The translations under genes were made by a program, and so were the position numbers. Positions 10,838-23,497 of a DNA stretch of 64,000 bases are shown here, in pieces. Location of the stretch: assembly GCF_963921235.1 (NCBI RefSeq), contig NC_086118.1:19594001-19658000 (forward strand), written 5' to 3'. The stretch is from Mobula hypostoma. Lineage: Eukaryota. How positions within the stretch are numbered: the first letter of the stretch is position 1; each line of letters starts with the position of its first letter. Under the pieces are notes generated by a model that searched no databases, was not told the origin of the DNA, and saw nothing but the letters and a program-made list of their open reading frames with translations.

Positions 10838-13451
10838 AAGGTTGATTAGAGCCCATGGGCAATGCCAATGGTCGCAGTAGGCAAGAAAGATCGGTCTGTC
10901 AGGATCTGTGGTGGTTCTAACGCCACCATCAACCCAGGAATGAAAGTAGATTGATATCCTCTGCCCTGAATAGAGGATATCTTTGCAAACCTTTCTGGAC
11001 GATTACACTTCAGCAATGTGGACTTAGCTGAGGCCTACCTACAGATGGAGATGGAAGAAGAGTCCAAAGTGTTTCTCACCATAAACACTCACAAAGGGCT
11101 TTATCACTATAATAGGCTTACTTTTGGAGTAGCATCTAAACTTTCACTCTGACAGAAAGCTATGAACCAGGTGCTGCAAGGCTGCCCAGGAAATCAGTGT
11201 TACCTGGATGACAACATTGTTACTGGTGAGGGTGACAAGGAACATCTCCAAAATCTCAAGACAGTGTTAAAATGATTCGAAAATTATTGACTTAGAGTAT
11301 GATGCAACAAGTGTGAATTCTTTAAACCAAGCATCACTCACTGTGGTCATAGCTTTGGTGCACAAGAATTGCAAAAGAGTGCTGAGAAAATTCAAGCAGT
11401 TGTGGCTGCTCCAAGGCCAAAGGACGGGCCACAGTTGTGATCCTGTTTTGGATTTGTAATTACTATAACAAGTTCCTGCCAAACCTGGCTACTGTGCTCC
11501 ACCCCTTGAACTCATTACTACAGATCAGAAAGAAATGACAATAGACAAAGCAATGTGGGGTGGTTTTCAAAAAGGTAAAGGGAATGGTGACATCAGACAC
11601 TGTACTCACACGTTATGATCCACACCATCCAGTGAAGCTTACCTGTGACGCTTCACCTTATGGTATAGGTGCAGTTATGTCACATGTTATGAGTGATGGA
11701 ACTGAAGGGCCCATAGCCTTTGCATCACATTCTCTTACCACTGCAGAGAAGCACAGATTGATAGAGAGGCCTTGGATCTGGTTTAGGGTGTAAAACGTCT
11801 CAGCCAGTACTTGTGTGGGAGAGAGTTTACCCTCATTACTGATCAACAACCACACTTGTCCATTTTCAGTTCACAGAAGTGTATTCCACTACAGTAGCAC
11901 CTGAGATGCAGAAACGTACTCTGTTTCCTGGAAGTCTAAATTACAAGATTAAACTCAAGAGGACAACTGATCATGGAAATGATATATTGTCCTGTTTACT
12001 CTTGGAAAAAGGAAATACCTGAAAAATTTACAAGAACACTCCTCTTGATCTATTCTATTTAATACAAATCAAAAGGCTCACCTTTAAGGCAGAGATGATC
12101 CAAAGGGAAACTAGAAAAGATCCCACACTGTCCCAAGTCTATTTGGCCACTCAAATTGACTTGAATGAGCAGCAGAAATTCCACTTCTCCCATTTTCACT
12201 TGTGGCAGGATGAACTTGGCCTTGTTGGGGGTCAGCTTATGTGGGGATTGAGAGTTCTACCACCCAAGCTGTGAGCTAAAATGTTGGAAGAGCTACATGC
12301 CAGGCATCTGGGTGCGGTCAAAATGAAAGCGTTGGCTCGAAGCTTTGTCTGGTGGCCTGAGGTAAATAAGCAGATCGAACAGTTTGCCGTGCACTGTTGG
12401 GGATGCCAAGATACCCAGAAGATGCCATGAGCAGCACCTCTCCATCCCTGGGGATCACTTCACTGTCCTGGCAGAGGATTCATATGGATTTTTCCAGCTC
12501 ATTCATGGGCACAAATTTCTTGGTAGTAGCGGATGCAGCTACAAACTGGCCAGAAATGTTCCCAGTAGCATCTACTGCAGCCCTGCACACTGTTGATGGG
12601 TTGAGAAGCCTCTTCTCAAAGACTGGTGTTGTAGAGCACACAGTCAGTGACAATTGACCACAGTTTGTTGCAAAATACTCTTTCCTGAAAGTGTATAGAA
12701 TAAGACATATTACATCTGCACTGATACTACAAATGGCTTGGCAGAAAGGTTTATCCAGAATCTAAACAATGTACTGAGAAATGTCAGCTGAACACACTTC
12801 ACTGACGCTGACTCAGAAGCTCGCCAATTTCCTCCTTGTATATCACAATGCAGCACACTCCACAACCAAACACTCAGCAGCCATGCTGTTCCTGCATCAT
12901 CCCTTGCATTCGTGCTCAAACCTGTTCTCAGAAGGACTGATAACTGAGACAAATTGAAGGCTCCTTAAACAAGAAGGTTCAAAGTTTCACTCCTGGATTA
13001 GTAGATCTGGCAAAGGACTACAGAGGTGATCTCAAGTAGGTACTTGGAAAATTTATGGACAGAACTGGACCATCTGTTACACAGTGGAGATTGTGTCGAT
13101 TAGTTGGGGAGAGCAGGGTCAACTGTTATAGAACAAAGGTGCCCACAGCTGTCAAGACCACTTCCTGCTGATCCAGAGTCAACCCTTACAACCACAACAG
13201 AGGAGTCCTCAGAACCTGGGATTGTTTCACACCACAAGCTCACCAGCTAAGCACAATGTCTTCCTTGTCAAGAAAGACATTCTCCCAAAAGAGTAAGAAA
13301 TCCTCAACAGCAGTTAAATATTTAGGCCTGAAAGGGACAATTCAAAATTTACTATGCTGTGATATCTATATAGTAGTTGTATAGTATAATGTGTATACAG
13401 AGAGCAATACATTATGTATTGAATCGGAGTTTATAGGTAAGCAGGAAGGAG
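10838..13451 (+). pseudogene. Degenerate Gypsy pol (RT-RNase H-integrase; K02A2.6/Mag-like)
   Basis: VRICG, IEDIFANLSG, DLAEAYLQM, LTINTHKGLY, CYLDD, LTCDASPYGIGAV, LHARHLGAVKMKALARSFVWWP, WQRIHMDF, VSDN, with many stops and frameshifts. PPT GCAGGAAGGAG before the TG at 13452. Confidence 0.9.
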
Positions 13452-13634
13452 TGTAGTGTATTTAATATTTCAATAATATTTGGATAATATTGGACTTCCG
13501 GTCAAGATGGCTTAGTCGCCCAAAGCTGTCGCTCAGTTTTATTTCTTATCTCCACTCTTCTTCTCTCCTTTTTTTTACTCCAGATTGTTACACTTTTTAT
13601 TCTCCCTCCTGCCTGTGAATATACCTGTCTTACT

Positions 13635-14452
13635 ATGGCTGCAAAGTTCACCAGACCAGGGAAAAAAGAGGTTCCTGTGGCTGGTTCCTCTGCCGAGATT
13701 GTTTCCACTTTGGAACAGTACCGACAAGATATAATATCCGAATTTAAGTCTGAATTTAAGTCTTCTTTCAGTTCGTTGGAATCAAAATTGGATCAAATTA
13801 ATTCCAAACTGGAGCCTCATGCCTTTCTCATCGTGAGTCCGTTACCGACGACTTAGAACGTCGTTTTCACGACTTGGAAATCGTTTGCTCCAGCTTGAGA
13901 GATCATAACACTAAGTTAATATCCAAAGTTACTGACCTGGAAGGTTGGAGCAGACATCATAATCTACGAATCCTCGGTTTGCCAGAGGCTATCGAATGTG
14001 GATCTCCTGTTGAGTTTTTTGCCACTTCACTCTGTGAGATTTTTGGGAATGATATACTTCTGACGCCATCCAAGTTAGACAGAGCTCACCGTACCTTTGC
14101 GCCTAAGCCGGAGTCGGGCCATAGACCACGTCCAGTAATTCTGTGTTTTCATTGCTGTAAGGTGAAAGACCTTTTGATTATGGAAGCATGTCGGAGAGGA
14201 AAGTTGGTATACAAGGGTCAGCCTATTCGTATTGTTGAGGATTACACGCCCCAAGTTCTGAGTCTGCGTGCTAAGTATAAAGGAGTTATGAAAGAGTTTT
14301 ATCATCGCGGATTTTGGCCCTCTCTGTGTTTTCCAGCTCGTCTCCAAATAATTCTCACTACTGGAGACAAAATGTGGTTTAACTCGGTTACAGAAGCTCA
14401 GAAATTTATTGAAAGTCTCCCCATTATTTCGATTTCCTCAGATCCGATCTGA
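13635..14452 (+). pseudogene. L1 ORF1p (coiled coil + RRM/CTD), frameshifted
   Basis: ORFs 13635-13856 and 13874-14452: DLEGWSRHHNLRILGLPE, LDRAHR, RPRPVI, IRIVEDY. Confidence 0.9.
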
Positions 14453-17234
14453 TTATTTAAAATGTCAGACAAGTACTTTTTTTCTGTTTGTTTTTTTCCT
14501 GATCTTTCTTTCTGAAGTCAGTGAAATTTTTTTTCATAGTTCCTTGCGGGTAGGTTACTGGTTAAGATTCGTTTACTCATTTTTTTAGTTCATATCTTTT
14601 CTTTTGGATTATTACTTAGAGTTAAGCTTAATACATTTTGGGAGCATTGTATTTTTTTCTTTATGTATAATTTTAATTCATAGTGCATAAGTTTTCCGGT
14701 TTTTGAATTGTTAACAAAATGGAGCTTAAGATGATGTTATGAAACTAGAAGTTGGTTTTTGGAGTGGGTTTTTTTCTGAAGAACTTGCTGCTGATTTTCT
14801 TTCTTGTTGTGAGATTTGGATTGGGGGAGTGATCTCTAATGCCAATAGCATTTATAGAACCTTTAGTTATTCTTTGATATTCAGGACATATTCTTGTCCT
14901 GGTTCTCTTGTTTTATACTTTTGCCCCAGAGCTGTTAATCTGAATGTTTGATTTTGCTCATGCTCACTACGCTCTATGTTTTTTTAAATGACAATGGTTA
15001 GTCCGTTGAATTTTATAAACTGGAATGTTAAGGGATTGAACCATCCTGTTAAAAGAAGGAAGATGTTTTCACATCTTAAGCAGCTTAAAGCTGCAATTGT
15101 TTTTTTGCAAGAAACACACAACCGTAGTTCTGATAATTCTCGTCTCATGTCAAGGTGGGTGGGACAGCACTTTCATTCTATTTTTCTGGCTAAAGTCAGG
15201 GGGGGGAACTCAATTCTTACAAATCAAAATGTTCCCTTTGAGCTTCACAACAAAGTATCTGATACAAATGGTCATTTTATTATTGTCTCTGGGAAATTGT
15301 ATAATACTATGGTAGTCTTGGCTAACCTGTACGTTCCCAATTCGGATGATGTAGAGTTTTTTGATCGTTTTATCATTTTATTGCCTGACTTGAGTTTATA
15401 CTCTCTTATATTGGGCAGTGATTTTAATTGTTGGTTAGATCCAATTTTGGATCGATCGTCTTCTGTTCCTAGACTACCAAGTAAATCTGCTTTATCAATT
15501 CAGTCCTTCCTTTCTAATTATGGTATCCCCAATGTATGGCGTTTTTTCCATCCAAGTGAGAGAGACTATTCTTTTTTTTCACATGTCCATCATACTTTTA
15601 CTAGAATTGATTATTTTTTAATCGATGACGTGTTGATTCCATCTGTTCACTCTTGTGATTATCAGAGTATATTGATTTCAGATCATGCCCCAGTTACCCT
15701 ATCTATAATTCTTCCTGGTCTCCCCCCTATGAATAAACACTGGTGTTTTAATCTGACCCTGTTGTCGGATAATAATTTTGTAAAATTTGTGAAGGACCAG
15801 ATAACTTTTTTCTTAAATACTAATATGTCATCTGAAATCTCAACTCAGGTTGTCTGGGATGCCATGAAAGCGTATCTGAGGGATCAAATAATTTCATATA
15901 CTGCGAATTTGAAAAGAAAGACCTATTCAGAGCGATTAGATTTGGTTAGTCAAATTAAAGCAACAAACCAATTATATGCCCAGACCAAAAATCTGGAATT
16001 GTACAAGAAGTGAGTGGAACTTCAAACTAAGTTTGACCTTATTTCCACTCATCCTGTTGAATGCCAACTTCTTGAAAGTAAGAGCCAGTTTTATATTCAT
16101 GGTGATAAATCTGGTAAATTCTTAGTCAACCAACTAAGATGCTGTAAAGCTAAAAGAAATTTCAAAAATTCGAATCGGAAATGAGAACATTACTTTGAAT
16201 CATTCTGAAATTAATGATACATCTAAGAATTATTATTCTGGACTCTATACCTCTGAATCTTTAAATGATAACTTTTCTGTGGAGCATTTCTTAAATAGTT
16301 TAAATATTACTTTGTTTTCTCCTGATCTCAAAGTAAAACTTACTGAGCCATTATCAGTAGAGGAAATATCCTTAGCCATTTCTGCACTGCAGTCTGGTAA
16401 CTCTCCTGGGCCTGATGGGTACTCTGCAGAATTTTATAAATCATTTTCCTCACTGCTCTTGCCTCAATTAGTCTTAGTTTTATCCGATTCGTTTAAACAT
16501 AGTAAATTAACTGCATTACTTAATGAGGCAAGGATCATTCTTTTAGCGAAAAAAGGTAAAGACCCAACAGAGTATTCTTTGCATAGGCCGATTTCTTTGT
16601 TAAATGTTGATGTTAAAATTTTGGCTAAAGTTTTGGCTTGTAGACTGGAGAACATTGTATCCTTAATTATCTCTGAAGGTCAAACTGGTTTCATTAAAAA
16701 TCGCTTCCCTTTTTTTAATACATGGCATCTATTTAATATCTTATATACACCTTCAGCTGGGACTCTCCCTTGATGCGGAGAAAGCGTTTGATCGTGTGGA
16801 GTGGAACTATTTTTTTGCAGTTTTAGAAAAATTTGATTTTGGACAAAATTTTATTACATGGATTAAATTGCTATATTCATGCCCCATTGCTTCTGATTTG
16901 ACCAACTCTCGATAGTCCCAACCCTTTAACCTTAAACATGGCACCCGACAAGGGTGGCCTTTAAGTCCTTTACTTTTTGATCTGGCCATAGAGCCATTGG
17001 CGACTGCGTTTCATAGCTATGCTGAATTGATGGGGATTCGGTGGGGGGGGGGGGTGTTGAGCATAAAGTTTCTCTTTATGCTGATGATCTTTTACTTTTT
17101 ATATCAAATCTGACTACCTCCTTACCCCCAATGTTTTCACTTCTTAATAAATTTAGCCAGCTTTCTGGATACAAACTTAATTTACATGAGAGCAAACTTT
17201 TCCCATTTAACAGAGAAGCACAAATATTAGAATT

Positions 17235-18631
17235 ATCAGTGATTTTCTATGGGATAAGAAGAAGCCCAGAATTAAAATGAGTAAGATGTGTATGTCCAGG
17301 GACATGGGTGGGCTCAATCTAACAGATGTCAGGGCATATAAATTATCCTTTGAAATGACCAAATTAGCTAAACATTGGGACAGGGCTGATGTTGATTTAG
17401 AGTGGGTACTTATAGAACGGAGCCTGGTTGCACCACATTCACCCCTTAACATCCTCTCACAACACGTGAAAAACAAGACTAATCTAAATCCTATATTATT
17501 TCACTCAAGGAGTGTGTGGAGTACAATTCATAAAGCCTGTAGAATTTCACATTTAAACTAGTTATACTCCTCACTCTGGAATAACACTGAGATATGCATT
17601 GGGAAAAGAATGGTGTACTGGAAAGAACGGAAGATTAAAGGTGTAAATACAGTAGGTGATCTCTATGAGAATGGGATTTTTATGTCATATGTGGATTTGC
17701 AGAGGAAATATAACTTCGTAGATGAAGGAAATTTTTGGAAGTATTTACAAATAAGATATTTCATTAGTAGCATATTTAAGAATGGTGACCCACAAAGTAA
17801 CTCTTTAACTGCATACTTTACATTACCACTGGAAGTTCATAAAGCATCAGTGTTTTAGAAAATGTTCAAGCACTCTGTGGGTGAATCGTGTAACAACCTC
17901 AAAGTAGTATGGCAGAAGGATCTTGGAAGTGATATTGAAGATAATGAGTGGTCAAATATTTTATCAAATGTGGGTAGACCTATTAGGGAAGCGAGAGGAA
18001 ATTTATTCAGTATAAGATAGTACACAGATATTATTGGACACCAACAAGACTGTACAAAATGGGGATTGTTGATAATAATTTATGCTGGAAATGTAAAAAT
18101 GAGGTGGGCACATATTTTCACATGATTTGGGAGTGTTCCATGGTTCGTCCATTTTGGTGTAAAGTTCTTGATCTGTTGGGGAATTGGTCAGGTTCCACAC
18201 TGCCCTTGTGCCCATGGTTTTGTCTCTTGGGTGATAGGACAGTGATACCTAATGTAAACAATGACAAGTTCACTATTTTAAAGGTGGGTCTCATCACAGT
18301 TGCAAGAATTATGCTGCAAGAATTATATTGCAAAACTGGAAAAAACCCAGATGTCCCACTGTGAAGGAATAGACTGAGGAAATGATTAAGATTTCATCAA
18401 ATGAACATATGTTGGGAAGAATTAACAGTGAGGGAAAAGTGCAAGACGCGTGGGATCAATTTTAGTTGTATGTTAATTTATACTTAAATTAGAACTTCTG
18501 TCTCTAAACTTTATTTGTTTTCCTGTCATGGGATGGCTGTGCAAATATGCTGTACTGTATCTGCTCTGTGATATGCTGTGCTGCTTTGTAAAATAAGAAT
18601 AAATAATAATAAAAATTTGAATTAAAAAGAA
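17235..18631 (+). mobile_element. 5'-truncated L1/Tx1 of a different family, inserted in the L1 ORF2
   Basis: MGGLNL, FWKYLQIR and CWKCKNEVGTYFHMIWEC (a second CCHC knuckle). It has its own AATAAA/A-rich tail at about 18598-18631. Confidence 0.85.
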
Positions 18632-18686
18632 CTTTCTCTTTATGCTGATGATCTTTTACTTATATATATCAAATCCGACTACCTCC

Positions 18687-19521
18687 TGTTACGTACCCCG
18701 TAACTGGGTTGCCAAACCAGCAGAAGTAGACCACTCATTGGAGTCTGGATTACTAGAAACTAATAAAGTTTTATTAAAGAAATAAGTAACACAGTACTCT
18801 AATCGTAAGGATATAAATGCAACAGGTTAGCAATGATAATACACACATGTACACAAAACTAGAGTAATAGGAATCAAACCAAGCTCTATCACAGTCTGGG
18901 GGTAAAATGATCAGTCTTAAGTGACGCAGAGTTCAGTTCAGCTTAGTACAGTTCGCAGTAATCGCTGTTGTGCCATTGGAGGGGGGGGGATGCAGTTTGA
19001 TTCAGACAGACCTTTGATGTTCTTCGCAGCTGGTTTCGGGCAGCCCTTTTATGTCTTCTATCCTGCTGTGGTCACCGACTGTGACTCCTCCGTTCCGGAT
19101 ACGACCGTTCTTCCACGGTGAACCCGGCACCCAGGCAAGGGCGGACACACACACACCAGGTTCCCACCAATCGTACCTTTACACCCTGTGAGTCTATGGT
19201 CGGTTCCCACAAACCGGACCTCCAAACTCCCACCACCTTGTGGGGGCACACCGCTCTTCCAGGGTCTCGTTATCTCATGATCTCATGGTGTGTCCCGTGC
19301 CTTAGCGAACCTGTTCTTTTTATCCCCCTGCTGGGGTATCGCCTGTCCATCAAACTTCAAACAGTTCAGGTTCAAAGCAACCGGTCTGTCAATATTCTGA
19401 ATTGTGTTTCTTTTCCGTTATTCTCTCTGTCCTCTCTCATTAACATTTTGAACGTTTCTCCATTGTCTCCCTTATCTCTCTTATTAGCATCAATAGTCTG
19501 ATATCTTGGTTTGGCGTCACA
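18687..19521 (-). mobile_element. Solo LTR (835 bp)
   Basis: TGTTAC...GTCACA termini and a 4-bp TSD CTCC (18683-18686, 19522-19525). Related in reverse complement to the LTR at 31992-32853. Confidence 0.92.
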
Positions 19522-22500
19522 CTCCTTACCCCCAGTCTTTTCACTTCTTAATAAATTTAGCCAGCTTTCCGGATACAAACTTTATTTACATAAGAATGAA
19601 CTTTTCCGAATTAACAGAGAAGCACAAATATTAGAATTTCATAACCTCCCTTTTAAAGTAGTAAATAATCAATTAACTTACCTCAGTATTACAGTAACAA
19701 GGAATTTTAAGCGTCTTTTTCGAGAAAATTTTGCTAATCTTTTAAATCATACAAAACAGAGTTTGGCACAGAGGTCACCCCTACCCATGTCTCTGGTAGG
19801 TCGAATGAATGCTTTAAAATGTATATCCTTCCTAAATGTTTATACTTATTTCAATCTATACCAATTTTTATTCTTAAAGCTTTTTTTGATTCATTAGATT
19901 CTATTATTTCGTCCTATCTATGGAAGGGCAAATGCTCCAGACTTAATAAAGTTCACCTTCAAAAACCTAAAAGGAAGGTGGACTGCCTTGCCTTATTTTG
20001 GCTTCTATTACTGGGCAGCCAATATACGTTGTCTTACTTTTTGGTCTTTCTTTTATAATCAGTCTGACTGCCCAAAATGGGTGGCAGTGGAGTTGAACTC
20101 TAATAAGGATTTCTCCATTTCCACATTTCTTGGATCTGCACTTCCTTTTCATTTGCCTAAACTAATCGTTAATCCTCTCATTAGACATACTCTGAGAATA
20201 TGGGCTCAGTTCAGAAAATATTATGGTCTTCTCAGTTTCTCTCTCTCTAGTCCTATTTTACATAATCATCTTTCCAACCTTCTATGCAAGACTTAACATT
20301 TCATCTCTGGTACAGAAAGGGCATTAGGCACTTTGAACATCTTTTCATAGATAACCACTTTGCAACTTTTGAATGACTGTCTGCAAAGTTTAACCTACCT
20401 AATACTCATATCTTCAAATTAGACATTTTATTAACCCTTTAATACCAAACTTTCCTGAGATGCCCAAAAAAAAACGTTGTGGACTTGTTTCTTTGTATAA
20501 GTCCATCGGGTAAAGGTTTAATATCTACTATTCGCAATAAGTTAATGACCTTGAGGCATGCTCCTTTTGATAAAATTAGAACTGCCTGGGAGCATGATTT
20601 AAATATTTCTCTGTCCAACGAGGTTTGGGATTCAATTCTTAATTCAGTTAACTCAACCTGTTTATGTGCTCACCACTGTCTTTTACAGTTCAAGGTTGTA
20701 CATAGGGCTGATATGTCCAAAACTAAATTATCATGGTTCTGTCCTGATATTAGTCCCTTTTGTGACAAGTGTAAAGGGGGCAAGGCTTCTCTTATCCATA
20801 ATTATTGAGCTTGTCCTAGTTTGGAGAAATTTTGGAGAGAAGTCTCCTTTTTTTTGTATTTTATTCCCTTAATTTCAAGTTTTTTTCTGGTTAAGTTCTA
20901 CGTTTTTTTTTCATGTGAAATATATTACAGTTTAGGTAGTAGCAATTTATATTTTTAATATTTACAGCTCTGTGGTAACAAAAGCTCTGTTTAACTTTTC
21001 TTTACATTGAAATGGTTGACTTGGAGTCGCATAGTGGGAGGGTGGGGAGGATACTAACTTTATATGATTTTGTTTTGTGTGCTTTTTCTTAATTGTTATG
21101 AATTGTACATTAGTACAAGTCTCTGTTGGTGGGTTTTTTTGTATTGTAGAAACTCATAAAAAATAAAAAATAATAATGATATTTGAATAATATTGTTAAT
21201 ATATTGTTTGAGTAAGCATTCTTTTGTTTGCATAATTCATTACTGGTTATACGTAAGAAGTACATGAAGAGCATTTATCATTATGCCACCACGATATATG
21301 TGAACGTCTCTCTAAAGTAAAATAAACTAGAAATGCATTCCCAGGCTCTTGTGTTTTTCTTTTGATTATTTTCTGGAGTTACAAAACATAACAGGAGGGT
21401 CACCAAGAGGCAATACCAAAACAAACTAAAGACCCTGTCCAGCTGTCACTGTATAAAGGCTTACATACTAAAATGGGCTACAAAATGAAACTCCCCAGTG
21501 AACTCAAGAAATTCTATGCAGGTTTTGAACAGGAGGTCACTGAAGGGACAGCACTCTCTCTGACAGATTCGGATTCATCCTCAAACCCCTACTTTACTCA
21601 GCTACAGTATATAAAAACTCATGAATACAGCCAAACGAGACAGCATTATACAGCGTCAAGGTGCAGAGACACATTACAAACAGCCACACACTGTAAGCAC
21701 ACACAAGTTCACAATCACGTAATAAGAGTCCCGAGCCCCGCCTCCCCCTCAGAGCACTGCATCTTGATGCCCAGTCCTCGCACACACAAGTCAACAAAAC
21801 CCATGTAGAATACCAGTAAAAGTACAACACATAATACGTATCTATATACATAGACCAGACTCAGAAACACCACCCCTACAACCCATCGATATCATCTGCC
21901 TACTGGACCCAACATCCACCGAGGCTTTGAAGCCCAGTCTTCACATATACAAGCACATATAGAGTATTAGTAAGAACACAGCCAGATAAATATATGTGTG
22001 TATCGTCCAGACCCCTGGGTCCATTTTAAATCTTCAATCGCCTCAACTGCGGGATGTCATGCTTTCGAGGGGCACGCACATCTCCTTTACCCGGAGGGAG
22101 CCCACACTATTGGACACTTTCACTGTCAATGGGATAAATCCTACTGAGCAAAGGCAACCTTCAGCTTCTAACATATCAGTATGTTCTCAAACAACATCAA
22201 TTCAATGGAGATACATTGAATACAATACAAGTACGGTGACGGCCGTTGGTCTTCGCACCATCAGGAGACGGCATTTCATCACCTTATGTTGTATCCTGAA
22301 CAATCATGCAAACCAAAGGCAGCAGTCAGTGCCATGGGAAACAAAACCAATTGATCCAAAGCCCAAGCTCCATGAGGCAGAGCCTGAGGTGCTGCTGCAG
22401 CACTGAGCATGTTAGGGGAAGTAAGGAGCTACCTGGAGATTATTTTAAGCTGAGTGCATAATTTCTCATCCCAGGCTCCTCAGCCAAGGAACCAAGTACC

Positions 22501-22584
22501 TTCCTGGTTAAATCCTCTTTCAAAGAAGTTATTTTGCAATAAGATAAGATCGTGGAAATCATGGAGTATTTATGATATACTGTG

Positions 22585-23480
22585 TAATGATGCCATCACG
22601 ATGCTCGTATATCCATTACATTCTGCACCCTTTTTTCTCCAAACATAGCTTTGCTCATTGCAGCCAAAAGCTTTTGCATACCACTGTACACACACGATTG
22701 TGCGGCTAAATTCTGCTCTGACTCCCTCTATAAATTCACAGGCGGCAACACTGCAGTTATTGCAGACCTCAAGCACCAATATGACAGAGCACAGGAAGGA
22801 GGTAGGAAGTCAAAAGGTATGGTGCCAACACGAAAACCTATCCCACAGTATCAGCAAAACAAAGAGCTGGTCATTGGCTTCAGGACACAGGCAGATTACT
22901 GTTGTATCACTGCAGCCGAAGTGGAGATGTTTGAGAGCTTCAAGTTCCAAGGTGTAAATACCACCAATAACTTGTCCTATTCCGGCCACATAGACACTAT
23001 GGTAGACTGGTGGCTCTACTTCCTCAGAAGGTTAAGAAAATTCAGCGTGTCCTAATGAGCCTTAGCAATATTTACGTATGCACCACAAAAAGCATCCAGT
23101 TTGGATGCATCACAGCTCATTACAGCAACTACTCTGCCCAAGACCACAGGAAATTGCGGAGTTGTGAACACATGCTACTCTATCCACAAAAAACAGCCTC
23201 CCCTCCATTGCCTCTGAGTACAATTTCCACTGCCTCTGGAAAACAGACTACATAATCAAAGACCATTCCTGCCCGCTTCATTTTCCCATCTCCCCCCTTC
23301 CATCAGGCACAGCTTTTATCCCACTGTTGAATGGACCTTTTGTATGATAAAAATTAACTCTTTATCTCTCAGTCTAAGTCATCATGACCCTTGCACCTCA
23401 TTTGTAAACCGACACTGTACTTTCTCTGTAACTGTGAGACTACATTCTGCACCTAGCTATTGCTTTTCCTTTCATTATTC
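22585..23480 (+). mobile_element. Degenerate Rex1/Babar LINE fragment (an upstream piece lies at about 21455-21570)
   Basis: LYTHDCAAKFCSDSLYKF, ESFKFQGV, LYFLRRLRKF. The upstream piece reads LPSELKKFYAGFEQE. Confidence 0.75.
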
Positions 23481-23497
23481 CTCAGTGTAGTTATAGG

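Larger units (their letters stand above)
14988..20870 (+). pseudogene. L1 ORF2p (APE endonuclease, RT, CCHC), disrupted
   Basis: NWNVKGLN, FLQETH, GSDFN, TRIDY, SDH; SPGPDG, RPISLLNVDVKIL, LYADD; C-terminal CDKCKGGKASLIH. Stops, frameshifts and two insertions. Confidence 0.92.
13493..21174 (+). mobile_element. Full-length degenerate L1-clade LINE with nested insertions
   Basis: 5' GACTTCCGGTCAAGATGGC, then ORF1, ORF2 and an A-rich tail. 21-bp TSD AAT(A/G)ATATTTG(G/A)ATAATATTG at 13472-13492 and 21175-21195. Confidence 0.92.
13452..21393 (+). mobile_element. 3' LTR (~240 bp native; 13452-13492 plus 21196-21393) of the Gypsy element, split by an L1 insertion
   Basis: Starts TGTAGTG after the PPT and ends CATAACA at 21393. 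AATAAA at about 21321. The L1 TSD joins the two halves. Confidence 0.7.
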
